From Roseiarcus sp. (GTDB lineage: Bacteria; Pseudomonadota; Alphaproteobacteria; Rhizobiales; Beijerinckiaceae): DNA of 64,000 bases. The notes under the pieces are model-generated. The model was not told the DNA's origin, searched no databases, and saw only the letters and a list, made by a program, of their open reading frames with translations. The translations under genes and the position numbers were made by a program. Position 1 is the first letter of the stretch; every line of letters begins with the position of its first letter. Shown here in pieces: positions 23,840 through 31,070 of the stretch. The DNA is taken from positions 5,441 through 69,440 of the forward strand of contig JBEKBD010000001.1 in the NCBI GenBank assembly GCA_050015575.1. Direction: 5' to 3'.

Positions 23840-24412
23840 ATGATCGACACCACTGACGCGCAGGGCCCCGAGGCCGCGGCCGAGGCCACGCCGGCCGCCG
23901 AGGCCGACGGCTTCGCCGTGATCGAGAAGCTCAACGCGGAAAACGCCGAATTGAAGGATCGCTTGCTGCGCGCGCTGGCGGAGATGGAGAACCTGCGTCG
24001 GCGCACCGAACGCGAAGTCGCCGACGCGCGCGCTTACGGAGTCAGCTCCTTCGCCCGCGACATACTCTCGGTCGCCGACAATCTCGCCCGCGCGCTCGAC
24101 AGCGTCCCGGCGGAGGAGCGCGCGAGCGCCGAGGGCGCGTTGAAGAGCCTGATCGAAGGCGTCGAATTGACGGCGCGCGACCTGCAGGGGGCGCTCGCGC
24201 GCCACGGCGTCGCCAAGCTGGAGCCGCTCGGCGAGAAATTCGACCCGAATTTCCATCAGGCGATGTTCGAGCTGCCCCACGCCGAACTGCCGGCAGGCGC
24301 GGTCGCCCAGGTGATGCAGAGCGGCTGGAAGATCGGCGAACGGGTGCTGCGGCCCGCCCTGGTCGGCGTCTCCAAGGGCGCGGCGAAGACCGCCCCGCCA
24401 AAGGGGGAGTGA
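23840..24412 (+). CDS. grpE: Nucleotide exchange factor GrpE
   Basis: [53 protein letters not shown]. Confidence 0.96.
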   Translation: MIDTTDAQGPEAAAEATPAAEADGFAVIEKLNAENAELKDRLLRALAEMENLRRRTEREVADARAYGVSSFARDILSVADNLARALDSVPAEERASAEGALKSLIEGVELTARDLQGALARHGVAKLEPLGEKFDPNFHQAMFELPHAELPAGAVAQVMQSGWKIGERVLRPALVGVSKGAAKTAPPKGE

Positions 24413-24440
24413 ACAAGCGCGCCGTCTTCTCGCAAGGGAC

Positions 24441-24470
24441 TTGCAGATAGTGCCCCTTTGGGGCATTATC
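24441..24470 (+). promoter_or_regulatory. higBA promoter with overlapping operator
   Basis: TTGCAG (24441-46)-N17-CATTAT (24464-69). Inverted repeat GATAGTGCCCC-TTT-GGGGCATTATC (one mismatch) spans the spacer. Confidence 0.7.
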
Positions 24471-24475
24471 GGTGT

Positions 24476-24820
24476 GTGGCGAAGCCGCTGCACACCGTTG
24501 CTGAGACCCCGATCTATCTTTCTCGCGCTGAGAAACTCATGAGCGAGAATGAGCGGGAAGCGGTCGTCGAACTCTTGGCGGCGAGTCCGGAAATCGGCGA
24601 TCTCATTCCCGAGACCGGGGGTCTTCGCAAGGTCAGGATTCCCCTGGCCGGTCGGGGAAAGCGCGGCGGGGCGCGTGTCATCTATTACTATTACGATGTA
24701 ACCTTGCCGATCTATTTGTTGCTTGTTTACGCCAAGAACGAGCGGGACGACCTGTCGAGCGCGCAGAAGGTCGTCTTGCGGGGACTCGTCAAAGCCATCG
24801 TCGCGCGGAGGCGATCATGA
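24476..24820 (+). CDS. higB: HigB-2/RelE-family toxin
   Basis: GDLIPETGGLRKVR...GRGKRGGARVIYYY...LLLVYAKNERDDLS. GTG 6 nt after the -10 (leaderless). Confidence 0.85.
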   Translation: MAKPLHTVAETPIYLSRAEKLMSENEREAVVELLAASPEIGDLIPETGGLRKVRIPLAGRGKRGGARVIYYYYDVTLPIYLLLVYAKNERDDLSSAQKVVLRGLVKAIVARRRS

Positions 24821-25113
24821 GACAGGCGCTTTTCAACGATCTCGTCGAGAGCCTCAAGCAGGCCGCCGCCCATGCCGGCGGCGAGGCGGTTCCCGGATTG
24901 CGCGTTCAGCCCGCGCCCGCCGCGGCCGACATCGTCGCCATTCGCCGGCAGGCCGGCCTCACGCGCAAGCAATTCGCCGCCATCCTGGGAACGGCGGTCG
25001 GCACGCTGCGAAAATGGGAAGACGGCACGCGTTCGCCAAGCGGCGCCGCGCGCACGCTTCTCTTGGTTCTCAAGCGCAACCCCAAGGCGGTCATCGAAGC
25101 GCTGGCGGCGTAA
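24817..25113 (+). CDS. higA: HigA-2-like XRE HTH antitoxin
   Basis: FNDLVESLKQA...DIVAIRRQAGLTRKQFAAILG...TLRKWEDGTRSPSGAARTLL. 4-bp overlap with the toxin. Confidence 0.85.
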   Translation: MRQALFNDLVESLKQAAAHAGGEAVPGLRVQPAPAAADIVAIRRQAGLTRKQFAAILGTAVGTLRKWEDGTRSPSGAARTLLLVLKRNPKAVIEALAA

Positions 25114-25200
25114 GTCGAGAATCGGATATGCGGCCAGAGAACCCTATCGCATGGCGGCGGCGTGTTTGTCATGTTTGGCTCGCGACGCCGGCGCCGCCAG

Positions 25201-25443
25201 CCAGGGCGCGCCGGCCATTGGATGGGTCGACTGATAGCGGCGGCGCCCTTCGTCGGAGACCCAGCCGAGCGGCCCGCAATTGCTCACGCTGACGGAAAAC
25301 GGCTTGGCCGTGCGCGGCATGCGCGGTCGGAACAGCAGCGCGATCGCGGGAATGGAGCGCACCTCTCCGAGCGTGGCTTCCTGCGCGGCGCGGTCAAGGC
25401 GGCCGGGGCAAAAGCGGAGGCCGGAAACAATTTCGAGCCCGGC
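25201..25443 (-). pseudogene. alkB: Degenerate 5' remnant of alkB (2OG-Fe(II) dioxygenase)
   Basis: Frame reads AGLEIVSGLRFCPGRLDRAAQEATLGEVRSI...LFRPRMPRTAKPFSVSVSNCGPLGWVSDEGRRRYQSTHPMAGAPW, matching the alphaproteobacterial AlkB N-terminus. No ATG at the expected start; stop at 25144 before the HxD...H catalytic region. Confidence 0.7.
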
Positions 25444-25574
25444 TTTTCCCGGTTTCGATCCCTCCCGTCGCCAAGCGCGCCCGCCTTCCCTAAGCGTGGG
25501 GCGCGGCGTATAGGAATCTCCTCGTAATTCACCAACGCGCGCGCGGGGCTCGGCGCGCTTTTCCGGAGCGAGGC

Positions 25575-26321
25575 ATGTCCGGTCATAGTCAGTTCAAGAA
25601 CATCATGCACAAGAAGGGCAAGCAGGACGCGATCCGCTCCAAGCTGTTCTCGAAACTGGCGCGCGAAATCACCGTCGCGGCGAAGTTGGGCCTGCCCGAT
25701 CCCACGATGAACGCGCGCCTGCGCGCCGCGGTGCTGGCGGCGCGCGCGGAAAACATGCCCAAGGACAATATCGAGCGAGCGATCAAGAAGGCGGCGAGCG
25801 CCGAGGGCGAGACCTACGAAGAAGTGCGCTACGAGGGTTACGCGCCGGGCGGCGTCGCGGTGATCGTCGAGGCCCTGACCGACAACCGCAACCGCACCGC
25901 CGGCGAAGTGCGCTCCTGTTTCACCAAAGCGGGCGGCGCGCTCGCCGAGACCGGCGCGGTGTCGTTCATGTTCGACCGGGTCGGATCGATCGTGTTCGAC
26001 GGCAAGGTCGCCAGCGACGACGCGATGCTCGAAGCGGCGATCGAAGCCGGCGCCGACGACGTCGTCTCGGACCCGGACGAGCACGAAGTGATCACCGCGG
26101 TGGCGGCGTTGCGCGACGCGCAAAAGGCGCTGGAGGCCAAGTTCGGCGAGCCGCGCAAGGCCGCCATCGTGTGGCGGCCGCAAAACACCGTCGCGGTCGA
26201 CGACGAGGCGGGGGAAAAGATTCTCCGCTTGATCGGCGCTCTAGAAGAGAACGACGACGTGCAGAACGTCACCGCCAATTTCGAGATTTCCGACGCGCTG
26301 ATGGCGAAGATGCAGGGCTGA
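25575..26321 (+). CDS. yebC: YebC/PmpR family protein
   Basis: [61 protein letters not shown]. Confidence 0.96.
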   Translation: MSGHSQFKNIMHKKGKQDAIRSKLFSKLAREITVAAKLGLPDPTMNARLRAAVLAARAENMPKDNIERAIKKAASAEGETYEEVRYEGYAPGGVAVIVEALTDNRNRTAGEVRSCFTKAGGALAETGAVSFMFDRVGSIVFDGKVASDDAMLEAAIEAGADDVVSDPDEHEVITAVAALRDAQKALEAKFGEPRKAAIVWRPQNTVAVDDEAGEKILRLIGALEENDDVQNVTANFEISDALMAKMQG

Positions 26322-26373
26322 GACCGCAGGCGAAACGCCCGGCTCGGCGAGACCGAACCGGGCGAACCGCCGC

Positions 26374-26655
26374 CTAATTGCACCGCATGGCGCAGCGCGT
26401 ATAGCCCCATGGGTTGACCCAGCAAACGCGATGCCAGTAGCAGGCGGGCCCCCCGCCCCAACCCCAGGGGCGATGCCAACCCCAGCCCCAGTAGTGATGG
26501 GGGTACCAGACGCGGTCGATCTGCGACGACGCCATCGGCTGTTCGAGCGAGGGCGAAGACAGCGTGAACGCCGAAGCCGATCCCGCCGAAATCGCCAGCA
26601 TCGCGGCGCCCGCGAGAGCGGCCAGGACTCCGCCCGTTAAAACGCGTGTGGACAT
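26374..26655 (-). CDS. Small secreted Trp/Gly/Cys-rich protein
   Basis: Signal peptide ending ASA-F; WGWGWHRPWGWGGG then CYWHRVCWVNPWGYTRCAMRCN (4 Cys); SD AAGGAGGA. Confidence 0.75.
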   Translation of the reverse strand: MSTRVLTGGVLAALAGAAMLAISAGSASAFTLSSPSLEQPMASSQIDRVWYPHHYWGWGWHRPWGWGGGPACYWHRVCWVNPWGYTRCAMRCN

Positions 26656-26967
26656 GAAATCCTCCTTTTTCACTCACTTGCGCAATCATGCATGGGCCGC
26701 ATGAACTCGAAATGAATAAATTGTGGCCGTCTTGGTTTTCACCGCGCGGCGAAATGGTATTGCCGCGCCGACTGGCGCACGACGCAATTCCGCCACGATC
26801 GATCCCCGGCTTTTTGGGCGGCTATATTTACCCTTCCTTAATCCTGGCGGCCGCTCGACGCGGCTGAAGCGCGAAAACCTCACGCGCGCGGCGATCTCGC
26901 GCGCCTTGCTCTGTTACGGTCTGGCGGCTGCGCCGGCGGGTCGGCCAGTACAGTCCTTTGAGGACGA

Positions 26968-27000
26968 TGAAAAGGGAAGGCCGTCAACCGAGGCGGCCTT
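26968..27000 (-). terminator. Terminator candidate after the DUF4258/HTH operon
   Basis: Minus strand AAGGCCGCC-N6-GACGGCCUU followed by CCCUUUU. Confidence 0.5.
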
Positions 27001-27027
27001 GATCTCGAGCGCGGCGACTCGCCGCAT

Positions 27028-27474
27028 TTAGGCGGCGATTTTGTAATTTGATGGATCGGACCCATCAATGATGATTGGGGGCGTCTCTGCACTCTGGATG
27101 CACCAGCCGGCCACCTCCTTGACGTCTGGAGTATCTGGAAGTTTCAGCGCCTGAATCGTATGCAGCCGAACAACCGTCTCCGCGTTCGCATCAATCGGGC
27201 ACTCTCCGCGCTCCCACCGGCTAACGGCCAGCGCCTCCCTGTGCAGCATGTCGGCTAGCTGAGCCTGCGTCATGCCCATTTCAGTCCGCAGGAACCGAAG
27301 CTCCTTGCCATTCATTGAGTTGCGGCGGGTGACAATCCCATGGGCGATGGCCTTATGCAGTCCGTTGATATTACGGATGATAATGCACTCTTCGCCGGCA
27401 TCATCCATCGGGAAGTCGACTCCCACAATGGTGACATTGTCGAGCCCGCTATCCGTATAACGGTAGTTGGTCAT
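27028..27474 (-). CDS. XRE HTH protein, putative MqsA-like antitoxin
   Basis: MTNYRYTDSGLDNV...INGLHKAIA...NGKELRFLRTEMGMTQAQLADML...VSRWERGE. Immediately downstream of the DUF4258 gene. Confidence 0.8.
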   Translation of the reverse strand: MTNYRYTDSGLDNVTIVGVDFPMDDAGEECIIIRNINGLHKAIAHGIVTRRNSMNGKELRFLRTEMGMTQAQLADMLHREALAVSRWERGECPIDANAETVVRLHTIQALKLPDTPDVKEVAGWCIQSAETPPIIIDGSDPSNYKIAA

Positions 27475-27521
27475 CGTGTTTCCTTCTCCGTCTCACCCGT
27501 TACATTGCAATAACGTCTACG

Positions 27522-27902
27522 CTATCGTTCGTCAGCCCACATCACCGTCACAATTTTCATTTGGAACCTTTCTGAATCGGGGATCGCCACAACTCTCACA
27601 GTTCTAGATCCAGAATTCGGACTACGGCTAACCATACTATATTTGTAGAAGCCGGGCCTAGTTGACACTAACGGGTCGTCAAGCACGAATCCCTGCTTCA
27701 AGATATACAACACATCACCGGTAAACAGTTCCCGATCGGACATTTGGTCTAAGGCATGACGCGTCCAGATTACAGTCAGGCTCTCATCAAGAGACATCCT
27801 CCTAATCGAATCTGTCGCGTCAGCAGGGGTCCATGGTTGCGGCTTGAATGGCGGCTTCGCGATTTTCACCGGGTCTCGTCCACGCGAGTCACTTATCACC
27901 AT
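27522..27902 (-). CDS. DUF4258 family protein, putative toxin (RelE/MqsR-like RNase)
   Basis: WTRHALDQMSDREL...DVLYIL..G...PGFYKY...RTVRVVAIP...KIVTVMW. AT-rich codons (TTA, ATA, AGG). Start uncertain. Confidence 0.75.
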   Translation of the reverse strand: MVISDSRGRDPVKIAKPPFKPQPWTPADATDSIRRMSLDESLTVIWTRHALDQMSDRELFTGDVLYILKQGFVLDDPLVSTRPGFYKYSMVSRSPNSGSRTVRVVAIPDSERFQMKIVTVMWADER

Positions 27903-28270
27903 GATAGGTACTCGGCACACATAAACACTCAAAACGGTTAACGCAAGCCTAAACTCGGCATCCCTAAAAACTGACCCTTGACGTGAATTAGGACGCCCGC
28001 TCCTCCGACTTAAGACAGCGCCGTTTGCGCGACCTCCACACTCTCGCACCTTTCACCTTCCCCTCGCCACCAATCGCCGCCTTCGTCTTTGCGGTCTCAG
28101 CGCGCGGGTGATGCGCACCACGACAAATTCTCTCGCGTGTTCGTCATGTTGCTATCTCTAGTTCCACATCGAGTGAACTGGATAGCCTATCGATGGGAAA
28201 CGATATTGCTCCAACAAAATTCGGACGCCCCTTCCTCGCTTACGACGGCGGCCGACCGTCCGCGCCACCC

Positions 28271-28843
28271 TCACCTTCGCCCCGCCGTCACCCCGAGCAA
28301 CTCGCCGAGGCGGTCGAGCGCGACGCGCAGGCGGTCGGCGACAATCGCGTCGGCGCGCCAGGGGGTGACGATCTCGGGCGCGAAGGCGCGACAGTCGCTC
28401 AAACGGCCGCCCTCGATGACGATGCGGGTGACGATCGGCCAGGCGGCCTCGCCGACGCGCTCGGCGGCGGCGCGCATCTTGTCGCGCGCGTGAAGCGCGA
28501 TTTCGCTCGCCGGCAAGCCGGCGCGGGGCCCCGGCGCTTTGACCCCGACGACGTCGGTCGCCACCGCGCGCAAGCAATCGAGCTCGGCGCGCCGATGCAG
28601 GCGCCGCAGCGCCTCGCCGATCAGCCAGCGGATGTCGTTGAGCCTGGCGTCGTGCGGCGCCAGCGCGCGGGTCGAGCGCATCACGTCGAAGGGATCGAGC
28701 AGGCGGCGCGACGAAGCGCCGCCGCGCTCGGCGGCCTGGCCGCTTTCCCTGGCGCGAGCGAGCCGTTCCGGCGTGGCGTCGAGCCGCTCCGGCGCCGGCC
28801 GATCCCCGGCCTTCGATCGCCTCGCCCTCGGCTTGGCGGTCAT
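28271..28843 (-). CDS. DUF6456-like protein (phage/GTA late regulator, Q/GafA/GafZ-like)
   Basis: ...GEALRRL...ALHARDKMRAAAERVG...IVTRIV...LRVALDRLGELLG resembles DUF6456 by eye. ATGA overlap with the upstream gene. Confidence 0.6.
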   Translation of the reverse strand: MTAKPRARRSKAGDRPAPERLDATPERLARARESGQAAERGGASSRRLLDPFDVMRSTRALAPHDARLNDIRWLIGEALRRLHRRAELDCLRAVATDVVGVKAPGPRAGLPASEIALHARDKMRAAAERVGEAAWPIVTRIVIEGGRLSDCRAFAPEIVTPWRADAIVADRLRVALDRLGELLGVTAGRR

Positions 28844-29061
28844 TGCGCCAACTCCGCGCAGAGTTGCGCCGGCGACGTGCAGTACGAGGCGACCGGCTCG
28901 CCGGTCAGGCGCTGCGGGATGGCGACGCTCTTCAGCTTCACGTCGGCGGGCGGATGGCGATGGACGCGCTTGAGATCGCGAAGATGGGCGGCGCAGGCGC
29001 TGACGGCTTGCTGGCGCTCGGTCTCGGACCTCGACGGGCGGCGGCGACGGCGGGCCTGCAT
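28840..29061 (-). CDS. 73-aa hypothetical protein, first gene of the leftward operon
   Basis: SD AAGGA; stop overlaps the next start; C-terminal SYCTSPAQLCAE motif. Confidence 0.6.
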   Translation of the reverse strand: MQARRRRRPSRSETERQQAVSACAAHLRDLKRVHRHPPADVKLKSVAIPQRLTGEPVASYCTSPAQLCAELAQ

Positions 29062-29116
29062 CGGCTTGATCCTTCTTGCTGCGGAGAGCGAGGGCGGGGC
29101 CGACGGCCGGGCGTGC

Positions 29117-29131
29117 GTTCACTCTTTGTTC
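29117..29131. promoter_or_regulatory. LexA (SOS) box, alphaproteobacterial type
   Basis: GTTC-actcttt-GTTC, exact GTTC-N7-GTTC, overlapping the predicted start site of the leftward promoter. Confidence 0.7.
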
Positions 29132-29133
29132 TC

Positions 29134-29162
29134 ATTTTCTGAACGTCCGCATAATCTGTCAA
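29134..29162 (-). promoter_or_regulatory. Sigma70-type leftward promoter
   Basis: TTGACA (29162-29157)-N17-GAAAAT (29139-29134). Confidence 0.65.
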
Positions 29163-29209
29163 GAAATATTTCTGATTTTCATGATTGCATTCATTCTGAA
29201 AAGCAGAAT
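29136..29209. promoter_or_regulatory. Putative operator array of the CI-like repressor
   Basis: TTCTGA at 29137, 29170 and 29194. The third forms the perfect inverted repeat ATTCTG-N5-CAGAAT (29193-29209). Confidence 0.5.
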
Positions 29210-29218
29210 AAATGGCGC

Positions 29219-29806
29219 ATGACCGTCGATTGGATTCGCGACGCCCTCAAAGAGACCGGCAAGACCCGCAGCGGCCTCGCCCGCGCGCTCGGGCGTTCGC
29301 CCTCCGCCGTCACCGACCTCCTCAACGGCTCGCGCCGCCTGCGCGCCGACGAGATCGCGGTTGCGGCCGCCTATCTCGGCGTCGAGCCGCCGCGCTTGGT
29401 CGGCGGCGGCCGGGCGCCGGCGCCTAGCGGCAAGGTGCCGCTGGTCGGCTACGTCGGGGCGGGCGCGGTCGCCCATTTCTACGCCGACGGCCAAGGCCCG
29501 TTCGACGAAGTGAGCGCGCCCGATGCGGCGAGCGCGAAGACCGTCGCGGTGCAGATTCGCGGCCACTCGCTCGGCGCGCTGTTCGACAACTGGCTGGTGT
29601 TTTACGACGACGTGCGCGATCCGCCCGGCGACGACCTCACCGGGCGCATGTGCGTATGCGGCCTCGCGGACGGGCGCGTGCTTATCAAGGCGCTGAAACG
29701 CAGCCAGATCCCGGGGCTGTGGATTCTGCTGTCGAACGCCGAGGCGCCGATTTACGATGTCGTGCTGAACTGGGCCGCGCTGGTGCGCGAAATGCGGCCG
29801 CGGTAA
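29219..29806 (+). CDS. CI-like repressor: XRE HTH plus S24 peptidase-like domain
   Basis: N-terminal HTH (RSGLARALGRSPSAVTDLLNGSRRLRADEI); VPLVGYVGAG; AVQIRGHSL (Ser) and VLIKAL (Lys). No SD, probably leaderless. Confidence 0.85.
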   Translation: MTVDWIRDALKETGKTRSGLARALGRSPSAVTDLLNGSRRLRADEIAVAAAYLGVEPPRLVGGGRAPAPSGKVPLVGYVGAGAVAHFYADGQGPFDEVSAPDAASAKTVAVQIRGHSLGALFDNWLVFYDDVRDPPGDDLTGRMCVCGLADGRVLIKALKRSQIPGLWILLSNAEAPIYDVVLNWAALVREMRPR

Positions 29807-29815
29807 AGGCCTTTC

Positions 29816-30988
29816 ATGTCGGCAAAGCCCATTTCAGCGCTCGAAATCGCGCGCGCGCTGATCGCCTTTCCCTCGGTGACGCCGGCCGACGCCGGCGCGC
29901 TGCCCTACGTGAAAACGCTGCTCGCCGAAGCCGGGTTCGCCGCCGAGATCGTCGCCTTCGCCGCGCCGGGGACGCCTTCGATCGACAATCTCTACGCGCG
30001 GTTCGGCCGCGCCGCGCCGAACTTCGTCTTCGCCGGCCACACCGACGTCGTCCCGCCGGGCGACGTCGCGCGCTGGCGCTTCGACCCGTTCTCCGGGGCG
30101 GTCGCCGACGGCCGGCTATGGGGCCGCGGCGCCTGCGACATGAAGGGCCCGGTCGCCGCCGCCATAGCCGCCGCGTCGCGCTTCGTTGCGCGCGGCCCGT
30201 TCAACGGCTCGATCAGCTTTTTGCTGACCGGCGACGAGGAAGGGCCGGCGGTCAACGGCACGGTCAAGCTGCTCGAATGGGCGCGCGCGCGGGGCGAACG
30301 TTTCGACCATTGCCTGCTCGGCGAGCCGACCGCTGCGACCGCGCTCGGCGACACGATGAAGAACGGCCGGCGCGGCTCGCTGACCGGCCGGCTGACGCTC
30401 CTCGGCAAGCAAGGCCACGTCGCCTATCCCACGATCGCCGACAATCCGCTGCGCCGCCTCGCCGCGGTTCTCGGGGCGCTCTACGAGCCCGCGCTCGACG
30501 CGGGGACGCCCGCCTTCGAGCGCTCCAACCTCGAGGTGATCGGGGTCGACGTCGGCAACCCGGCGACCAACGTCATTCCCGCCGAGGTCCGCCTCGTCTT
30601 CAACGTCCGCTTCAACGACCGCTGGACGCCCGAGACGCTTGCCGCCGAAATCGAACAGCGCCTCGCCGCCGCGATGCGCGGCGCGGCTTACAAGCTCGCC
30701 TTCGACCCGACCAACGCCGTCGCCTTCGCCACGCCGACCGGCGCCTTCACCGATCTCGTCCAGCGCGCGGCCGAAGAGATCACCGGGCGGCGGCCGAAGC
30801 TGTCGACCGGCGGCGGCACCTCCGACGCGCGCTTCATCAAGGATGCTTGTCCGGTGGTGGAGCTCGGGCCGATCGGCGCGACGGCCCACGCAGTCGACGA
30901 GCAGATCGCGATCGACGAGCTCGAGGCGCTGTCGCGCGTCTACGAACGGACGCTGGAGCTCTATTTCGGTGCAAGCGAGCGCGGCTGA
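29816..30988 (+). CDS. dapE: Succinyl-diaminopimelate desuccinylase
   Basis: SVTPADAGA, FAGHTDVVPPG, GRGACDMKG, TGDEEGPA, GRRGSL, GKQGHVAYP, GGTSDARFI. Confidence 0.96.
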   Translation: MSAKPISALEIARALIAFPSVTPADAGALPYVKTLLAEAGFAAEIVAFAAPGTPSIDNLYARFGRAAPNFVFAGHTDVVPPGDVARWRFDPFSGAVADGRLWGRGACDMKGPVAAAIAAASRFVARGPFNGSISFLLTGDEEGPAVNGTVKLLEWARARGERFDHCLLGEPTAATALGDTMKNGRRGSLTGRLTLLGKQGHVAYPTIADNPLRRLAAVLGALYEPALDAGTPAFERSNLEVIGVDVGNPATNVIPAEVRLVFNVRFNDRWTPETLAAEIEQRLAAAMRGAAYKLAFDPTNAVAFATPTGAFTDLVQRAAEEITGRRPKLSTGGGTSDARFIKDACPVVELGPIGATAHAVDEQIAIDELEALSRVYERTLELYFGASERG

Positions 30989-31070
30989 CGGGAGTTGGCG
31001 CCGTCATCGCCAGCGACCCGGGCCAAGCGCGGGGGCGACCGGCGATGACGAACGCGAACCCGACGCCAGG

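Noticed and set aside
26317-28101. 12-bp inverted repeat GCTGAGACCGCA flanking the peptide gene and TA cassette
   Set aside because: It does not extend, no target duplication or transposase is present, and such a match is plausible by chance over about 2 kb of GC-rich DNA.
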